Source: a virus (Duplodnaviria; Caudoviricetes). From it: a stretch of 41,600 nucleotides of DNA. The translations under genes were made by a program, and so were the position numbers. Where the stretch lies: IMG/VR virus record IMGVR_UViG_3300037483_000165, positions 1 through 41,600 of that record; one strand, 5' to 3'. Shown here piece after piece: positions 33,668 through 41,600 of the stretch; position 1 is the first letter of the stretch, and the number at the start of each line of letters is the position of its first letter. The notes beneath the pieces were generated by a model. The model was not told where the DNA came from. It was given only the letters and a program-made list of their open reading frames with translations, and ran no database searches.

Positions 33668-35604
33668 TGTTACTTTCAGCCACAACACAATCACTAGAAC
33701 TAGACCTGTCTGGAGCAGTTGCCACTAATCAGCTTCCGGTTACTGTGTCCTACGTGGATATCAATCAATCCACATTTGCCATGAGTGCCGTTACAGGCTC
33801 AACGACGCAGAGCAATGACACGACTGCGGTAACGATTGTATCGGCTCCTGGCGCTTCGACAACTCGTCAAATCAAGTCCGTTTCAATCAAGAATTCGGAT
33901 ACGGCTGCTGTAACGCTATGGGTGCAGATCAATGACAATTCCACACTAAGAGAAATCATTAAGCCGACTTTGGCCGTAGGCGATACGCTGTTCTATACCG
34001 ATACGACGGGTTGGGCCACAATGGACTCAACTGGAAGAATCAAGTTTGGAGCGGGAGTCAACGGGCCTGGGAGCGCTACGGATAACGCAGTCCCAAGATG
34101 GGATGGAACCGGGGGGACTGTTTTACAGAATTCATCCGTCATTATTGATGATTCCAACAATGTGACGGGGATTGTAGGTCTTGGAATAACGAATTTTACC
34201 GCCAACTGGACGAACGCGGGACGCACCGTAGCTGATCTTGGCATAGTGACTACCGTTGACATCAACGGCGGCACTCTGGACGGCGTGACGATAGGAGGGG
34301 CGAGCGCGGGGGCGGGTTCCTTCACCACGCTTGGTTGCTCCGGCAACGCCTCTATCGGTGACAACGTAGCCGACGCTCATACGATCACAGGCGCGGTGAC
34401 GATTACGGATGATTCAGCAAGCGGGCTGCATGTTGCTCGATCAGGCAGTGGGGACAAGATTACGCTAGGCGGAACAGCAGCGGGGTCAGGTGCCATTATT
34501 CAGGTTGGGAACTCTGGCTCAACAGACTATGAGCCGCTTGAACTCATTGGGGAGTCTGTCACACTTTCTTACCGCACTGGCGTAAATCTTCGCGCCGCAG
34601 GCATCACGCTCAACTCGTCGGGTAATACCACCCTCGCTGGCACCCTCGCCGTTGGTGACGGCACCAGCACAATAGGCACTGGTGGCACGGGCGTTACTTT
34701 GGCCCGACTAAATCTCAACGGGGGCAGCGGAGTGGCGGCAGGTTCCGGTATCTATTTCAGAAAAAATACCGTAAACAAAGGATTTATCGGCAACGAATCA
34801 GTTATTGCTGGCAGCGGCACCAGCGACGACACGATGATTTTTGCCGAAACCGGCTTTGATGTTCATATTGCCGTCAACGGTTCAGTCACGCCTGTAGTGA
34901 CTGTCAGCGGGACCACCACCACCCTCGCAGGCACCCTCGCCGTGAACGGGGCTTCGATTACTACTGACGATACGACTTTTGCGGTTTTCAACACTACCGC
35001 CACGACCGTCAACGCTTTCGGGGCGGCTTCTACCGCGCTGAACATCGGCAATGCTTCGGGGACGAATACAGTAAGCGGGGCGACAAATTTCAATCAGGCA
35101 GTAACAGGCGACTCGACCATCTCCCCTAACATGGGTAACAGCGGAACGTTTTCCCCAGCTATCGGAAAAGCGACAGTTGATACAACCGCAGTCGGAAACG
35201 TTGATGGTGGTGAAGATACCCTAATTACTTATGACCTTCCGGCAGATGCTTTATCTGCGGCAGGAAAAGGAGTGAGGATAACGGCGTGGGGGACGACTAG
35301 GGCGGACGCCAACGCAAAAGTAATTAGAGGATATTTCGGCTCAACGACATGTATTACGATAAACGTTAATGTATCCAGTGGGGCCGCAAAAGACTGGAAA
35401 ATTGTCATTGAGGTTTTTTCCACTGGGACAGATGCACAAAAGTATTACGCTTCTTATTTTGATACGTCCGGCGCAGCTTATGACCAAGGGTCCATGACAG
35501 AAAACGATGGCGCTGCGATTACCATCAAATGCACAGGAGCATCAATAAGTGCGGTTACTGACTCAATCATACAAGAAGGTTTGCTAGTGGAGTATTTTGG
35601 CTAA
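33667..35604 (+). CDS. tail fibre / receptor-binding protein
   Basis: Gly/Thr/Ser-rich 645 aa; GPGSATDNAVPRWDGTGG and INGGTLDGVTIGG fibre motifs. Confidence 0.8.
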   Translation: MLLSATTQSLELDLSGAVATNQLPVTVSYVDINQSTFAMSAVTGSTTQSNDTTAVTIVSAPGASTTRQIKSVSIKNSDTAAVTLWVQINDNSTLREIIKPTLAVGDTLFYTDTTGWATMDSTGRIKFGAGVNGPGSATDNAVPRWDGTGGTVLQNSSVIIDDSNNVTGIVGLGITNFTANWTNAGRTVADLGIVTTVDINGGTLDGVTIGGASAGAGSFTTLGCSGNASIGDNVADAHTITGAVTITDDSASGLHVARSGSGDKITLGGTAAGSGAIIQVGNSGSTDYEPLELIGESVTLSYRTGVNLRAAGITLNSSGNTTLAGTLAVGDGTSTIGTGGTGVTLARLNLNGGSGVAAGSGIYFRKNTVNKGFIGNESVIAGSGTSDDTMIFAETGFDVHIAVNGSVTPVVTVSGTTTTLAGTLAVNGASITTDDTTFAVFNTTATTVNAFGAASTALNIGNASGTNTVSGATNFNQAVTGDSTISPNMGNSGTFSPAIGKATVDTTAVGNVDGGEDTLITYDLPADALSAAGKGVRITAWGTTRADANAKVIRGYFGSTTCITINVNVSSGAAKDWKIVIEVFSTGTDAQKYYASYFDTSGAAYDQGSMTENDGAAITIKCTGASISAVTDSIIQEGLLVEYFG

Positions 35605-35779
35605 AAGGAAACTCATGGAACTCAACCTAGAAGCAATGATGAACGAATCCGGCCATAACATATCCGTCCTGCAAGCCCGTTGCATGATGCTGGCCGGGGA
35701 AAATGCTGTGCTGAAACAGAAACTCGCGGAGAAGGAAAATAAGGATAACGTTGTGCCGTTAGGGCGCACGGAAAAATAA
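35597..35779 (+). CDS. small coiled-coil protein (possible fibre chaperone)
   Basis: Follows fibre gene; heptad pattern. Confidence 0.5.
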   Translation: MAKRKLMELNLEAMMNESGHNISVLQARCMMLAGENAVLKQKLAEKENKDNVVPLGRTEK

Positions 35780-35831
35780 AACATGCCAAATCATAGATAA
35801 AAATGAACAATAAACCATTATCGGGGTTTTC

Positions 35832-36128
35832 ATGGAGCCTACTAGCGGATTTACGATCATCAAACTATTGGATTGGGTGTGGGCGGCGGTCTTTGCGGTG
35901 GGCGGTGTTATTGTCAAGATTATCTATGGCAAGTTCAGTGAACTGGACGCGCAGCTTTTGCTGAAGGCGGATAAGGTGGAAACAGACAGACAGAGAGAAA
36001 CCATTGTAAAGTTATTCGATGTGCTGCGGGAACATGAGACCGAGGACAGGAGCAGGCACGAACAACTGCTAAAGCATATCTCCGAGCAGCATCAAAGGCT
36101 GTTTGACAGGATAGCCGATAACAAATGA
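35832..36128 (+). CDS. single-TM + coiled-coil protein (holin/antiholin-like)
   Basis: N-terminal TM; lysis region. Confidence 0.5.
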   Translation: MEPTSGFTIIKLLDWVWAAVFAVGGVIVKIIYGKFSELDAQLLLKADKVETDRQRETIVKLFDVLREHETEDRSRHEQLLKHISEQHQRLFDRIADNK

Positions 36129-36475
36129 GCGATCCGGATAAACATGGCTGGACGATTGCCACCTACGCGGCACACAACGAGGCGCTTCGAGCGGCGGAGG
36201 AAAAGTTCCAGGCGGAGCGCGATAGGCGCTACGAAGAGCGCGATGTTGCGAATAAGGCTGCTGTCATGGCTGCACTGGCCTCGGCCGAACGGATGGCGGA
36301 AAAGACAGAGGCAGCCCTCAAAGAATATAAAGTCGGCGCGAACGAGTGGCGTGACACGGTGAAGGACTTGATTTCTGGAATGCAGGGCGGGAGCAAAGGC
36401 ATGAGGGATATGTGGGGCTGGATTATCGCCGCCGCAATGGCGGGCGCGGTGTTGTTCAATATTTTCGGGAGATAG
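36125..36475 (+). CDS. coiled-coil protein with C-terminal TM
   Basis: ERDRRYEER..NEWR..WGWIIAAAMAGAVLF. Confidence 0.55.
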   Translation: MSDPDKHGWTIATYAAHNEALRAAEEKFQAERDRRYEERDVANKAAVMAALASAERMAEKTEAALKEYKVGANEWRDTVKDLISGMQGGSKGMRDMWGWIIAAAMAGAVLFNIFGR

Positions 36476-36606
36476 GAAGGTTTAAAAGTGACAAAGCTAA
36501 TTGTCGAGCAGGCGTGTCTCGCTGTGGTTACGGCGGTATGCCTGCTGCCGGAGATCATCGTAGGCTTTCTGATTGCGCAGCATATCCTATGATGAGCTAG
36601 GTTCAT

Positions 36607-36921
36607 ATGAGCGAACGCCGTCAAGGCATGTTACGCAGGGACTTGAATGATCTTGTCAGAGACGAGTCCGGCCACTTATCGCCTTCCAAGGTCGGAACGC
36701 TGATGGGACAATGGCTATCGGTTAAATTGATTCTGGAAAACGGCAAGGAAATTATCTCTAATTGGGATTCCCTGACCGTGCTGTTTTCAGTGTTAATAGC
36801 TCCCGAGCTTTTCAAGAAACTGATGAACATGAAATATAGCGGAACCACAACTACCACGGATAGCAGCACGCAAACCACGACGCGACAGGCTCAAGTCAGG
36901 CCGGGAGAGGCGGCGGGATGA
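36607..36921 (+). CDS. membrane protein, holin candidate
   Basis: DLVRD.SG.LS.SK motif, two hydrophobic segments, Thr-rich tail. Confidence 0.5.
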   Translation: MSERRQGMLRRDLNDLVRDESGHLSPSKVGTLMGQWLSVKLILENGKEIISNWDSLTVLFSVLIAPELFKKLMNMKYSGTTTTTDSSTQTTTRQAQVRPGEAAG

Positions 36922-36925
36922 TGAT

Positions 36926-36952
36926 AAAGAAAAACCCCGCCGAAGCGGGGTT
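36926..36952 (-). terminator. intrinsic terminator of the reverse-strand moron gene
   Basis: AACCCCGC-TTCG-GCGGGGTT + TTTCTTT on minus strand, just after stop at 36957. Confidence 0.8.
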
Positions 36953-36956
36953 AGGG

Positions 36957-37289
36957 TTACAGCGCAATAGCGGCTTGTGGCAGCTTTGGCGTCCAGTGAA
37001 CTACGCGCCCATCCTTTTTGTTCTTGGGGTTGTGCCACTTTCCTTGTTCTGCCAGATAGCTGTTCATCTTTTCCATCACGGCATTGAGTTCTTCTCGTGC
37101 GCCGGGGTGTACAGAATCGTAGCAAAGTGCCCACGGAGCAATTTCCACATTCTTCGATGCCGTTCCGTCAGACCAAGTTACGTCGCCAACGAAGTGCCAA
37201 GTGGCAACACCCTTGTAAGTTTCATGTCCAACGGAGTGTATCGTCGTGACGCGACCGCCGCTCTTGTGCATCGTGTGATGCAGTTCCAT
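36957..37289 (-). CDS. reverse-oriented moron protein, 110 aa, function unknown
   Basis: GGAGG RBS before MELHH; own terminator; TGGTAAAAT extended -10 at 37342-37350. Confidence 0.7.
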   Translation of the reverse strand: MELHHTMHKSGGRVTTIHSVGHETYKGVATWHFVGDVTWSDGTASKNVEIAPWALCYDSVHPGAREELNAVMEKMNSYLAEQGKWHNPKNKKDGRVVHWTPKLPQAAIAL

Positions 37290-37466
37290 GTTGCCTCCAT
37301 TTGTTAAAGAACGTTGTGACAATTCCAACCGTCACACATACATTTTACCAAACTCGATTTTGGGTTTTCGTCATGTGCGAGCGCACATCAATGACTTACA
37401 AAAATCGCTGATTGATTTTTAAGGCAAACAAAAATTTGAGGTATGCGGAACTGGAGATTTTGAAAA

Positions 37467-37901
37467 ATGCAGCTTAGTAATCACTTTTCTCTTGAGGAAC
37501 TGGTCAGATCAGATATCGCCAGCCGTAAGGGATTGGACAATACGCCTACCCCTGAAATCATCGCCAATCTAACCGAGTTAGCGTTAGGACTGGAGAAAGT
37601 CAGGGAGTTGCTAGGCCATCCCATTTACGTGAGTTCAGGCTATCGCGGGCCTAAAGTCAATTCTGCCGTGGGAGGGTCCAAGAATTCAGCGCACATGAGA
37701 GGGTATGCGGCAGATTTTACTAGTCCAGGATTTGGGACGCCTCAAGACATTTGCCACGCCATCATGGACTCGACGATTGATTACGATCAGTTGATTTTTG
37801 AGGGAACGTGGGTCCATTTTTCCAATGATCCCCAAATGCGGCGCATGAATCTAACGGCTCACTTCGGGAATGGAGTAACCTACACCAATGGGATTGCCTG
37901 A
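37467..37901 (+). CDS. endolysin, peptidase M15A (Zn D-Ala-D-Ala carboxypeptidase-like)
   Basis: LSNHFSLEEL, SSGYR, VGG..NSAH..G.AAD, DQLIFE..WVH. Confidence 0.92.
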   Translation: MQLSNHFSLEELVRSDIASRKGLDNTPTPEIIANLTELALGLEKVRELLGHPIYVSSGYRGPKVNSAVGGSKNSAHMRGYAADFTSPGFGTPQDICHAIMDSTIDYDQLIFEGTWVHFSNDPQMRRMNLTAHFGNGVTYTNGIA

Positions 37902-37904
37902 AGA

Positions 37905-38489
37905 ATGCGGAGAACACGAGCAATGCCTGTAGCTGAAAGCCAAGCTCCCGGCAATAGAGATTCAGAGCCCGGACCGGGATATCGTGGAGTAGCGCCCACG
38001 CTGGCATTGACTCGCGCCGCACAACGTGGCTTTGCCTTCATTCATTTTCTGCTAGCCAACTGGCAATGGATAGCTATAGGTATAGCTGCATTAGGCTTTC
38101 TCTGGTGGGCGGATAGCCATATCGCTACCAGTGCAGGAATCAAGAAAGGGGAAGCCACCATTAAAGCAGAATGGGCCGAAGCCAACCGTAAGCAGAGGAA
38201 AGCTGAAGCCACGAAGGCGTCTAAAGCATCAACTCGTCTAGAGGTGAACAATGCAAAAGCCCGCATCATTACCCGCACAATTACCGTCCAAGTGGATAAG
38301 ATCATTGATCGGCCTGTTTACCGCAACGTCTGTTTTGATCCTGATGGGCTGTGCCTCGCCAACGCAGCCATCCGAGGGGAGAGCCCCACTACCTGCAAAC
38401 CTGACGAGTCCGTGCCCAGAGTTGAGTCCGTTAGCCGATGGGACGGGAGCATCCGTCTTGCGTTGGATTACGGAAGTGTTAGCCCCTAG
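37905..38489 (+). CDS. Rz-like inner-membrane spanin (true start may be TTG 38007)
   Basis: N-terminal TM, coiled coil, RPVYRNVCFDPDG; follows endolysin. Confidence 0.75.
   Translation: MRRTRAMPVAESQAPGNRDSEPGPGYRGVAPTLALTRAAQRGFAFIHFLLANWQWIAIGIAALGFLWWADSHIATSAGIKKGEATIKAEWAEANRKQRKAEATKASKASTRLEVNNAKARIITRTITVQVDKIIDRPVYRNVCFDPDGLCLANAAIRGESPTTCKPDESVPRVESVSRWDGSIRLALDYGSVSP
37922..38008 (+). ncRNA. tRNA-like cloverleaf element (not a canonical tRNA)
   Basis: AATGCCTG/CTGGCATT closing stem, GCT-GAA-AGC, TCCCGG/CCGGGA and CGTGG-AGTAGCGC-CCACG arms. Confidence 0.4.
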
Positions 38490-38541
38490 CTATCGAGAGT
38501 GCGCGAGAAAGCACAAGGAATTGATAGAGGCTGTAAGCTAA
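38251..38541 (+). CDS. Rz1-like outer-membrane lipoprotein spanin, overlapping Rz
   Basis: Lipobox LMG-C; Pro-rich PLPANLTSPCP..Y.ECA.KH. Confidence 0.85.
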   Translation: MQKPASLPAQLPSKWIRSLIGLFTATSVLILMGCASPTQPSEGRAPLPANLTSPCPELSPLADGTGASVLRWITEVLAPSYRECARKHKELIEAVS

Positions 38542-38738
38542 GTCTTGTGCGAGGTAGCGCGTCGCTTCTTCCGCTTGATTTCGCGGACTTCGACGGGGCG
38601 AACATCCTGATACGCTTTGCGTGCCGCCCATCGAAACGGGTAGACCGTTCCGTAAACAATCTTGTTGCCCTCGAAGTAGTCAAGGTCAATATGACCGTCA
38701 ACGTATCCTGCCCACATCTTCCACTTACGCTCTTTCAT
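38538..38738 (-). CDS. hypothetical protein, last gene of leftward arm
   Basis: ATGA coupling, GGAGAGG RBS. Confidence 0.6.
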   Translation of the reverse strand: MKERKWKMWAGYVDGHIDLDYFEGNKIVYGTVYPFRWAARKAYQDVRPVEVREIKRKKRRATSHKT

Positions 38739-39061
38739 CCCTCTCCCCCTTTCGCACGGGCGGCGTCAATGGCTTGATTGATCTGCCCCGAAAATGTTTC
38801 GGCCTCGAAGTCGTGCATTGGCTCGCCTTTGTGCGGGTAAAGGCGCACCGTCCCAGCCCCGCGCTCTAGTTCAATGCTGAGTTCGTATCCTTCCGGTAAC
38901 TCTCGGGCAGCACGATTAACCGCTCTGCCAATCTCCCCATCCTCCTGCGCCGCTGCCAGCGCGAGGGCGGCTTCGTTAAGTAGAGCAGCAAGATTTCCGC
39001 TTGTTGAAAGCCAGTCCCTAGCGGCGCTTTGTAATTGTCTGACCAACTCGCTGTGGGTCAT
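38735..39061 (-). CDS. hypothetical protein
   Basis: ATGA coupling; RAARELPEGY.L.IELERGAG. Confidence 0.65.
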   Translation of the reverse strand: MTHSELVRQLQSAARDWLSTSGNLAALLNEAALALAAAQEDGEIGRAVNRAARELPEGYELSIELERGAGTVRLYPHKGEPMHDFEAETFSGQINQAIDAARAKGGEG

Positions 39062-39660
39062 TTCCCCTCCCCGGCGGCGAGCAATGAATCCAGTTCAGCG
39101 ACTAACTGATGCTGGTAATCAGCTATACCACCCGCGACTTCACACCAATGCGCCTGTTCTTCTATGAAGATACGACACTTCATGGCTAACTCTACCGGCA
39201 CGCTCACGACCGGGGCCGCGCCAGCAGGAGCAGGTCGGCCAGAGCTTGACGGCGGGCCTGACCGCGCAAGTCCGGGCTGCTCATGCGCGCCTTCAATCTC
39301 CTGTGGCGCGGTTTTCTGAACTACTACTGAACTACTAGCATCAGCAGAATTAGTAGATGGCGCGGCTTTCGTTGCGATGGCGCGGAGGGCGCGAGCGTAG
39401 TTCCATAATGCCTCATAATCCTCCGGAGCCATTACTGCACATTCAGCACCCTCGAACGTAATGCGCTGTGTGTATTCCGGCGTTGGAACCTCCGGCTCCT
39501 CCGGCAACCCGGCGGGCGCGGAGAGAGCGGCGCGCAATTTCAGCGTGATGTCAGTCATCGCTTGATTCAGTTCCGACACTTCATCGTGGTCGTAATTACT
39601 CATGTTCAGTTCGGGCGCACGTTCGGCAATGTCTAAACACTCCCGCAGCAGTTCCTTCAT
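39058..39660 (-). CDS. mosaic hypothetical (Ea22/Ead-like region) protein
   Basis: PELNMSNYDHDEV..LN motif; low-complexity inserts. Confidence 0.65.
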   Translation of the reverse strand: MKELLRECLDIAERAPELNMSNYDHDEVSELNQAMTDITLKLRAALSAPAGLPEEPEVPTPEYTQRITFEGAECAVMAPEDYEALWNYARALRAIATKAAPSTNSADASSSVVVQKTAPQEIEGAHEQPGLARSGPPSSSGRPAPAGAAPVVSVPVELAMKCRIFIEEQAHWCEVAGGIADYQHQLVAELDSLLAAGEGK

Positions 39661-39708
39661 ACCATATCCTTTCGTTGGGAGCCGGGGAAATCCCCGGCCC
39701 CTTTACCG

Positions 39709-39843
39709 CTACTTCGCTTCGATCTGCTTCAGCACTTGCAGCGCATGTGCGGCGTTAAGCGCAGCCTGCGCGAAGTTCATCGCGTGGTGCGCCTCTGTCG
39801 CGTTCGCTGCTTTCTCCAGCAGTTTCTTTACGTTCGCATCCAT
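39709..39843 (-). CDS. 44-aa helical peptide flanked by RNA hairpins, absent from ORF track
   Basis: MDANVKKLLEKAANATEAHHAMNFAQAALNAAHALQVLKQIEAK; AGGAG RBS. Confidence 0.7.
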   Translation of the reverse strand: MDANVKKLLEKAANATEAHHAMNFAQAALNAAHALQVLKQIEAK

Positions 39844-39919
39844 AGGGTTCTATCTCCTATTGCTATTTCAACCGACCGGCGGCGCGATTGATTCACCGTT
39901 TCCGAACAACTCGGAATCG

Positions 39920-40495
39920 TTATATCGTCTCCTTCCACTTGGCGCGGATACGATCAGCTAAATCTGCCGGATGGGTGGACTTGTCGGCTTCGTCACACAG
40001 CTTGGAAAACTCCTCCACCGCCTTATTCCAGCCGTCGCGCTCGGCTTGGGCGGCGCGTTGCTCGCCAACTATCCTCGCGTTTTCGGCGTCTGCGGCATCA
40101 TCGTCGGAGTCGTCTTTACATTGGATGAGGCACTTCACGCGCTGCACTAAAGTTAAGTCGTCGCCGTCTGAATGGTCATCACGCGGAATACCCGCGCCGT
40201 CCATTTCTACCATCGCAACCTCCAACTCCTTCCGGCAGGCGGCAAGGTCGGCTTGGGCTTCCTTTAGCCCCTCTGCTGAAAACGGAAACCAATTCTCCAA
40301 TGCGGTGTTATTTCGGTTGCCGTCCAACGGGACAAACTTGTCGAGTTCGGCGCGCAGGGCGGCGAGTTCGCACCAAGGGCATTGAGGGTTTCCCGATCCT
40401 AAGAATGAGTGTCCGTTGGCACACTGCATAATTGGAGTATTGTCAGAGTAAAACTTAATAAAACTCTGCGTCTCCGGGCGGTCGGGGGTGGTCAT
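39920..40495 (-). CDS. mosaic coiled-coil hypothetical protein with CxxxH...CxxC
   Basis: ATGA coupling. Confidence 0.6.
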   Translation of the reverse strand: MTTPDRPETQSFIKFYSDNTPIMQCANGHSFLGSGNPQCPWCELAALRAELDKFVPLDGNRNNTALENWFPFSAEGLKEAQADLAACRKELEVAMVEMDGAGIPRDDHSDGDDLTLVQRVKCLIQCKDDSDDDAADAENARIVGEQRAAQAERDGWNKAVEEFSKLCDEADKSTHPADLADRIRAKWKETI

Positions 40496-40701
40496 GGCTT
40501 GGCCTCTTGAGCTTGGTTCTCCGGCTTCTTCCTGTTCTCATCACACCACATCTGCTCCATGACTCCGATGGCAACAGGGATCATGGCACGTAACTCCTTC
40601 ATTTGCGCGTAAGTCAACTCACCAACCGTGCAGGGTATTGCGAAATCGGCCTCACCATTCTTGTCAAATCCAACAGTTATAATTTCGTTCCTGACGCTCA
40701 T
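40492..40701 (-). CDS. hypothetical protein
   Basis: AGGAGGAG RBS, ATGA coupling. Confidence 0.6.
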   Translation of the reverse strand: MSVRNEIITVGFDKNGEADFAIPCTVGELTYAQMKELRAMIPVAIGVMEQMWCDENRKKPENQAQEAKP

Positions 40702-41021
40702 CTCTCCTCCTTCTGCGGGGGTGGGAGCGGGTCAATCGTGCGCCAGTGCGTTACGGTTTCATCCGTCGCCCATCCCTCGTGAAAATAGTAATACTCAGTG
40801 GTTCGATATGGGATGCCGTAATGGTCAATCGCACAGACCTCCCATTTCACGCCGTCAATGTCCGGCAGACGTTCAGAACACGCCACCCACCGCGCCCTCC
40901 GCCCTGCTAGCGCAAGGTCGCAAAATTGATTAGTCGCTGCAATACGTTCTGAGTCTGGACCGGCGAGTTCCAATAGCCACCCACGCGATAATTCAATTTC
41001 CTGTTCGGTCATATCAGCCAT
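40698..41021 (-). CDS. DUF551-like protein
   Basis: WVACSERLP...VTHW..PLP. Confidence 0.75.
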   Translation of the reverse strand: MADMTEQEIELSRGWLLELAGPDSERIAATNQFCDLALAGRRARWVACSERLPDIDGVKWEVCAIDHYGIPYRTTEYYYFHEGWATDETVTHWRTIDPLPPPQKEER

Positions 41022-41199
41022 GTTTCCTCCCCCTTTTGTGGGCGGCGATGGCTGTCTGTATTCTAGCGATGGCATCAGCCACGTCATGGAAACCGTGTCG
41101 TCGAAGCAGCCCGGCGTATGATGTGTCGGGCCAATCTTTCAGGCGCATCGCCGCCCGCTCCAGCCTCCTGAGCGTTAACCTATCGTTGCGCTTGGTCAT
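41014..41199 (-). CDS. small basic hypothetical protein
   Basis: GGAGG RBS; ATGA coupling. Confidence 0.6.
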   Translation of the reverse strand: MTKRNDRLTLRRLERAAMRLKDWPDTSYAGLLRRHGFHDVADAIARIQTAIAAHKRGRKHG

Positions 41200-41600
41200 T
41201 TCTGCCTCCGTGTCTCACACAGCGCCAGCAGGTGTGCCCGGTGCCGCCGCCAGAATTTCAGCGCGCCGCGATCCATCTTGTTGATTTTCTCGTCGTCGAA
41301 CGATGCCCAACCGTCAAAGGCATGTAATTCGCAGCCGATCTGCATACGGGTCTGCGAAATCGTGATGGGCCAACGCAGGCCAAACACCGTCCACAGATTG
41401 TCGGTGAGTTTTTCGTCGCGCCACTCGCCGCCGCACCACTCGCCGTCGCACCACACGCCGTCGCGCCACTCGCCGCCGCGCCACACGCCGCCGCGCCACT
41501 CGCCGCCGCACCACTCGCCGCCGCACCACTCGCCGTCGCACCACACGCCGCCGCGCCACTCGCCGCCGCGCCACTCGCCGCCGCGCCACACGCCGCCGCG
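41196..41600 (-). CDS. 3' part of Trp-rich pentapeptide-repeat protein
   Basis: (G/D)G(E/V)W(R/C) repeats, then GLRWPITI..MQIGC.LH..W..FDD..I.KMD..AL.FW, a C-terminal domain I recognise from phage pentapeptide-repeat proteins. Confidence 0.8.
   Translation of the reverse strand, partial: RGGVWRGGEWRGGEWRGGVWCDGEWCGGEWCGGEWRGGVWRGGEWRDGVWCDGEWCGGEWRDEKLTDNLWTVFGLRWPITISQTRMQIGCELHAFDGWASFDDEKINKMDRGALKFWRRHRAHLLALCETRRQK
41414..41600. repeat. 15-bp tandem repeat; 41498-41600 duplicates 1-103 with one mismatch
   Basis: Direct comparison of both ends. Confidence 0.9.

Noticed and set aside
33667-35604. Diversity-generating retroelement or invertible tail-fibre cassette
   Set aside because: No reverse transcriptase or invertase in the genome and no adenine-specific TR/VR pair seen; only a short direct repeat
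36918-37307. Plus-strand 129-aa ORF in the lysis region
   Set aside because: Runs through a terminator hairpin; the minus-strand ORF has the RBS, promoter and correctly oriented terminator
37922-38008. Canonical tRNA gene
   Set aside because: No TTC T-loop, no 7-nt anticodon loop, no CCA; kept only as a tRNA-like element
41314-41589. Protamine-like (ARRRV)n ORF
   Set aside because: Alternative frame of the repeat; the GGEW frame has the coupled start at 358 and the recognisable C-terminal domain

Overview
The window looks like a near-complete, circularly permuted ~41.5-kb genome of a P22-like tailed phage (podovirus-type portal, coat, gp4/gp10 and ejection proteins) of a Gram-negative host, as the Rz/Rz1 spanins indicate. 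The last 103 nt (41498-41600) match the first 103 nt with one mismatch, and the join falls inside a Trp-rich pentapeptide-repeat gene. The leftward early arm (4400 to 1, continuing 41600 to 38538) encodes recombination proteins and many small proteins. Overlapping divergent sigma70 promoters sit at 4434-4477. The rightward arm carries a regulator, a C5-methyltransferase, replication genes, nin-like genes, an HTH-controlled moron, and the packaging, head, tail and lysis modules. I recognised no integrase, canonical CI repressor, tRNA or CRISPR array. The strongest candidate for a new system is a dispersed sugar pathway: an SDR, a split ThDP carboligase (YerE/YerF-like logic), an NRS/ER-RmlD-type reductase between terL and portal, and a three-domain glycosyltransferase inside the head module. 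Together these suggest virion glycosylation with a phage-made, possibly branched-chain, sugar. Other notable items are an Sm-like protein coupled to an (S-G/R/W)n peptide, a split gp10 tail hub with two alternative N-terminal modules, a dual-frame methyltransferase, and several hand-folded RNA elements. All family assignments are from motif recognition by eye; no database searches were run.
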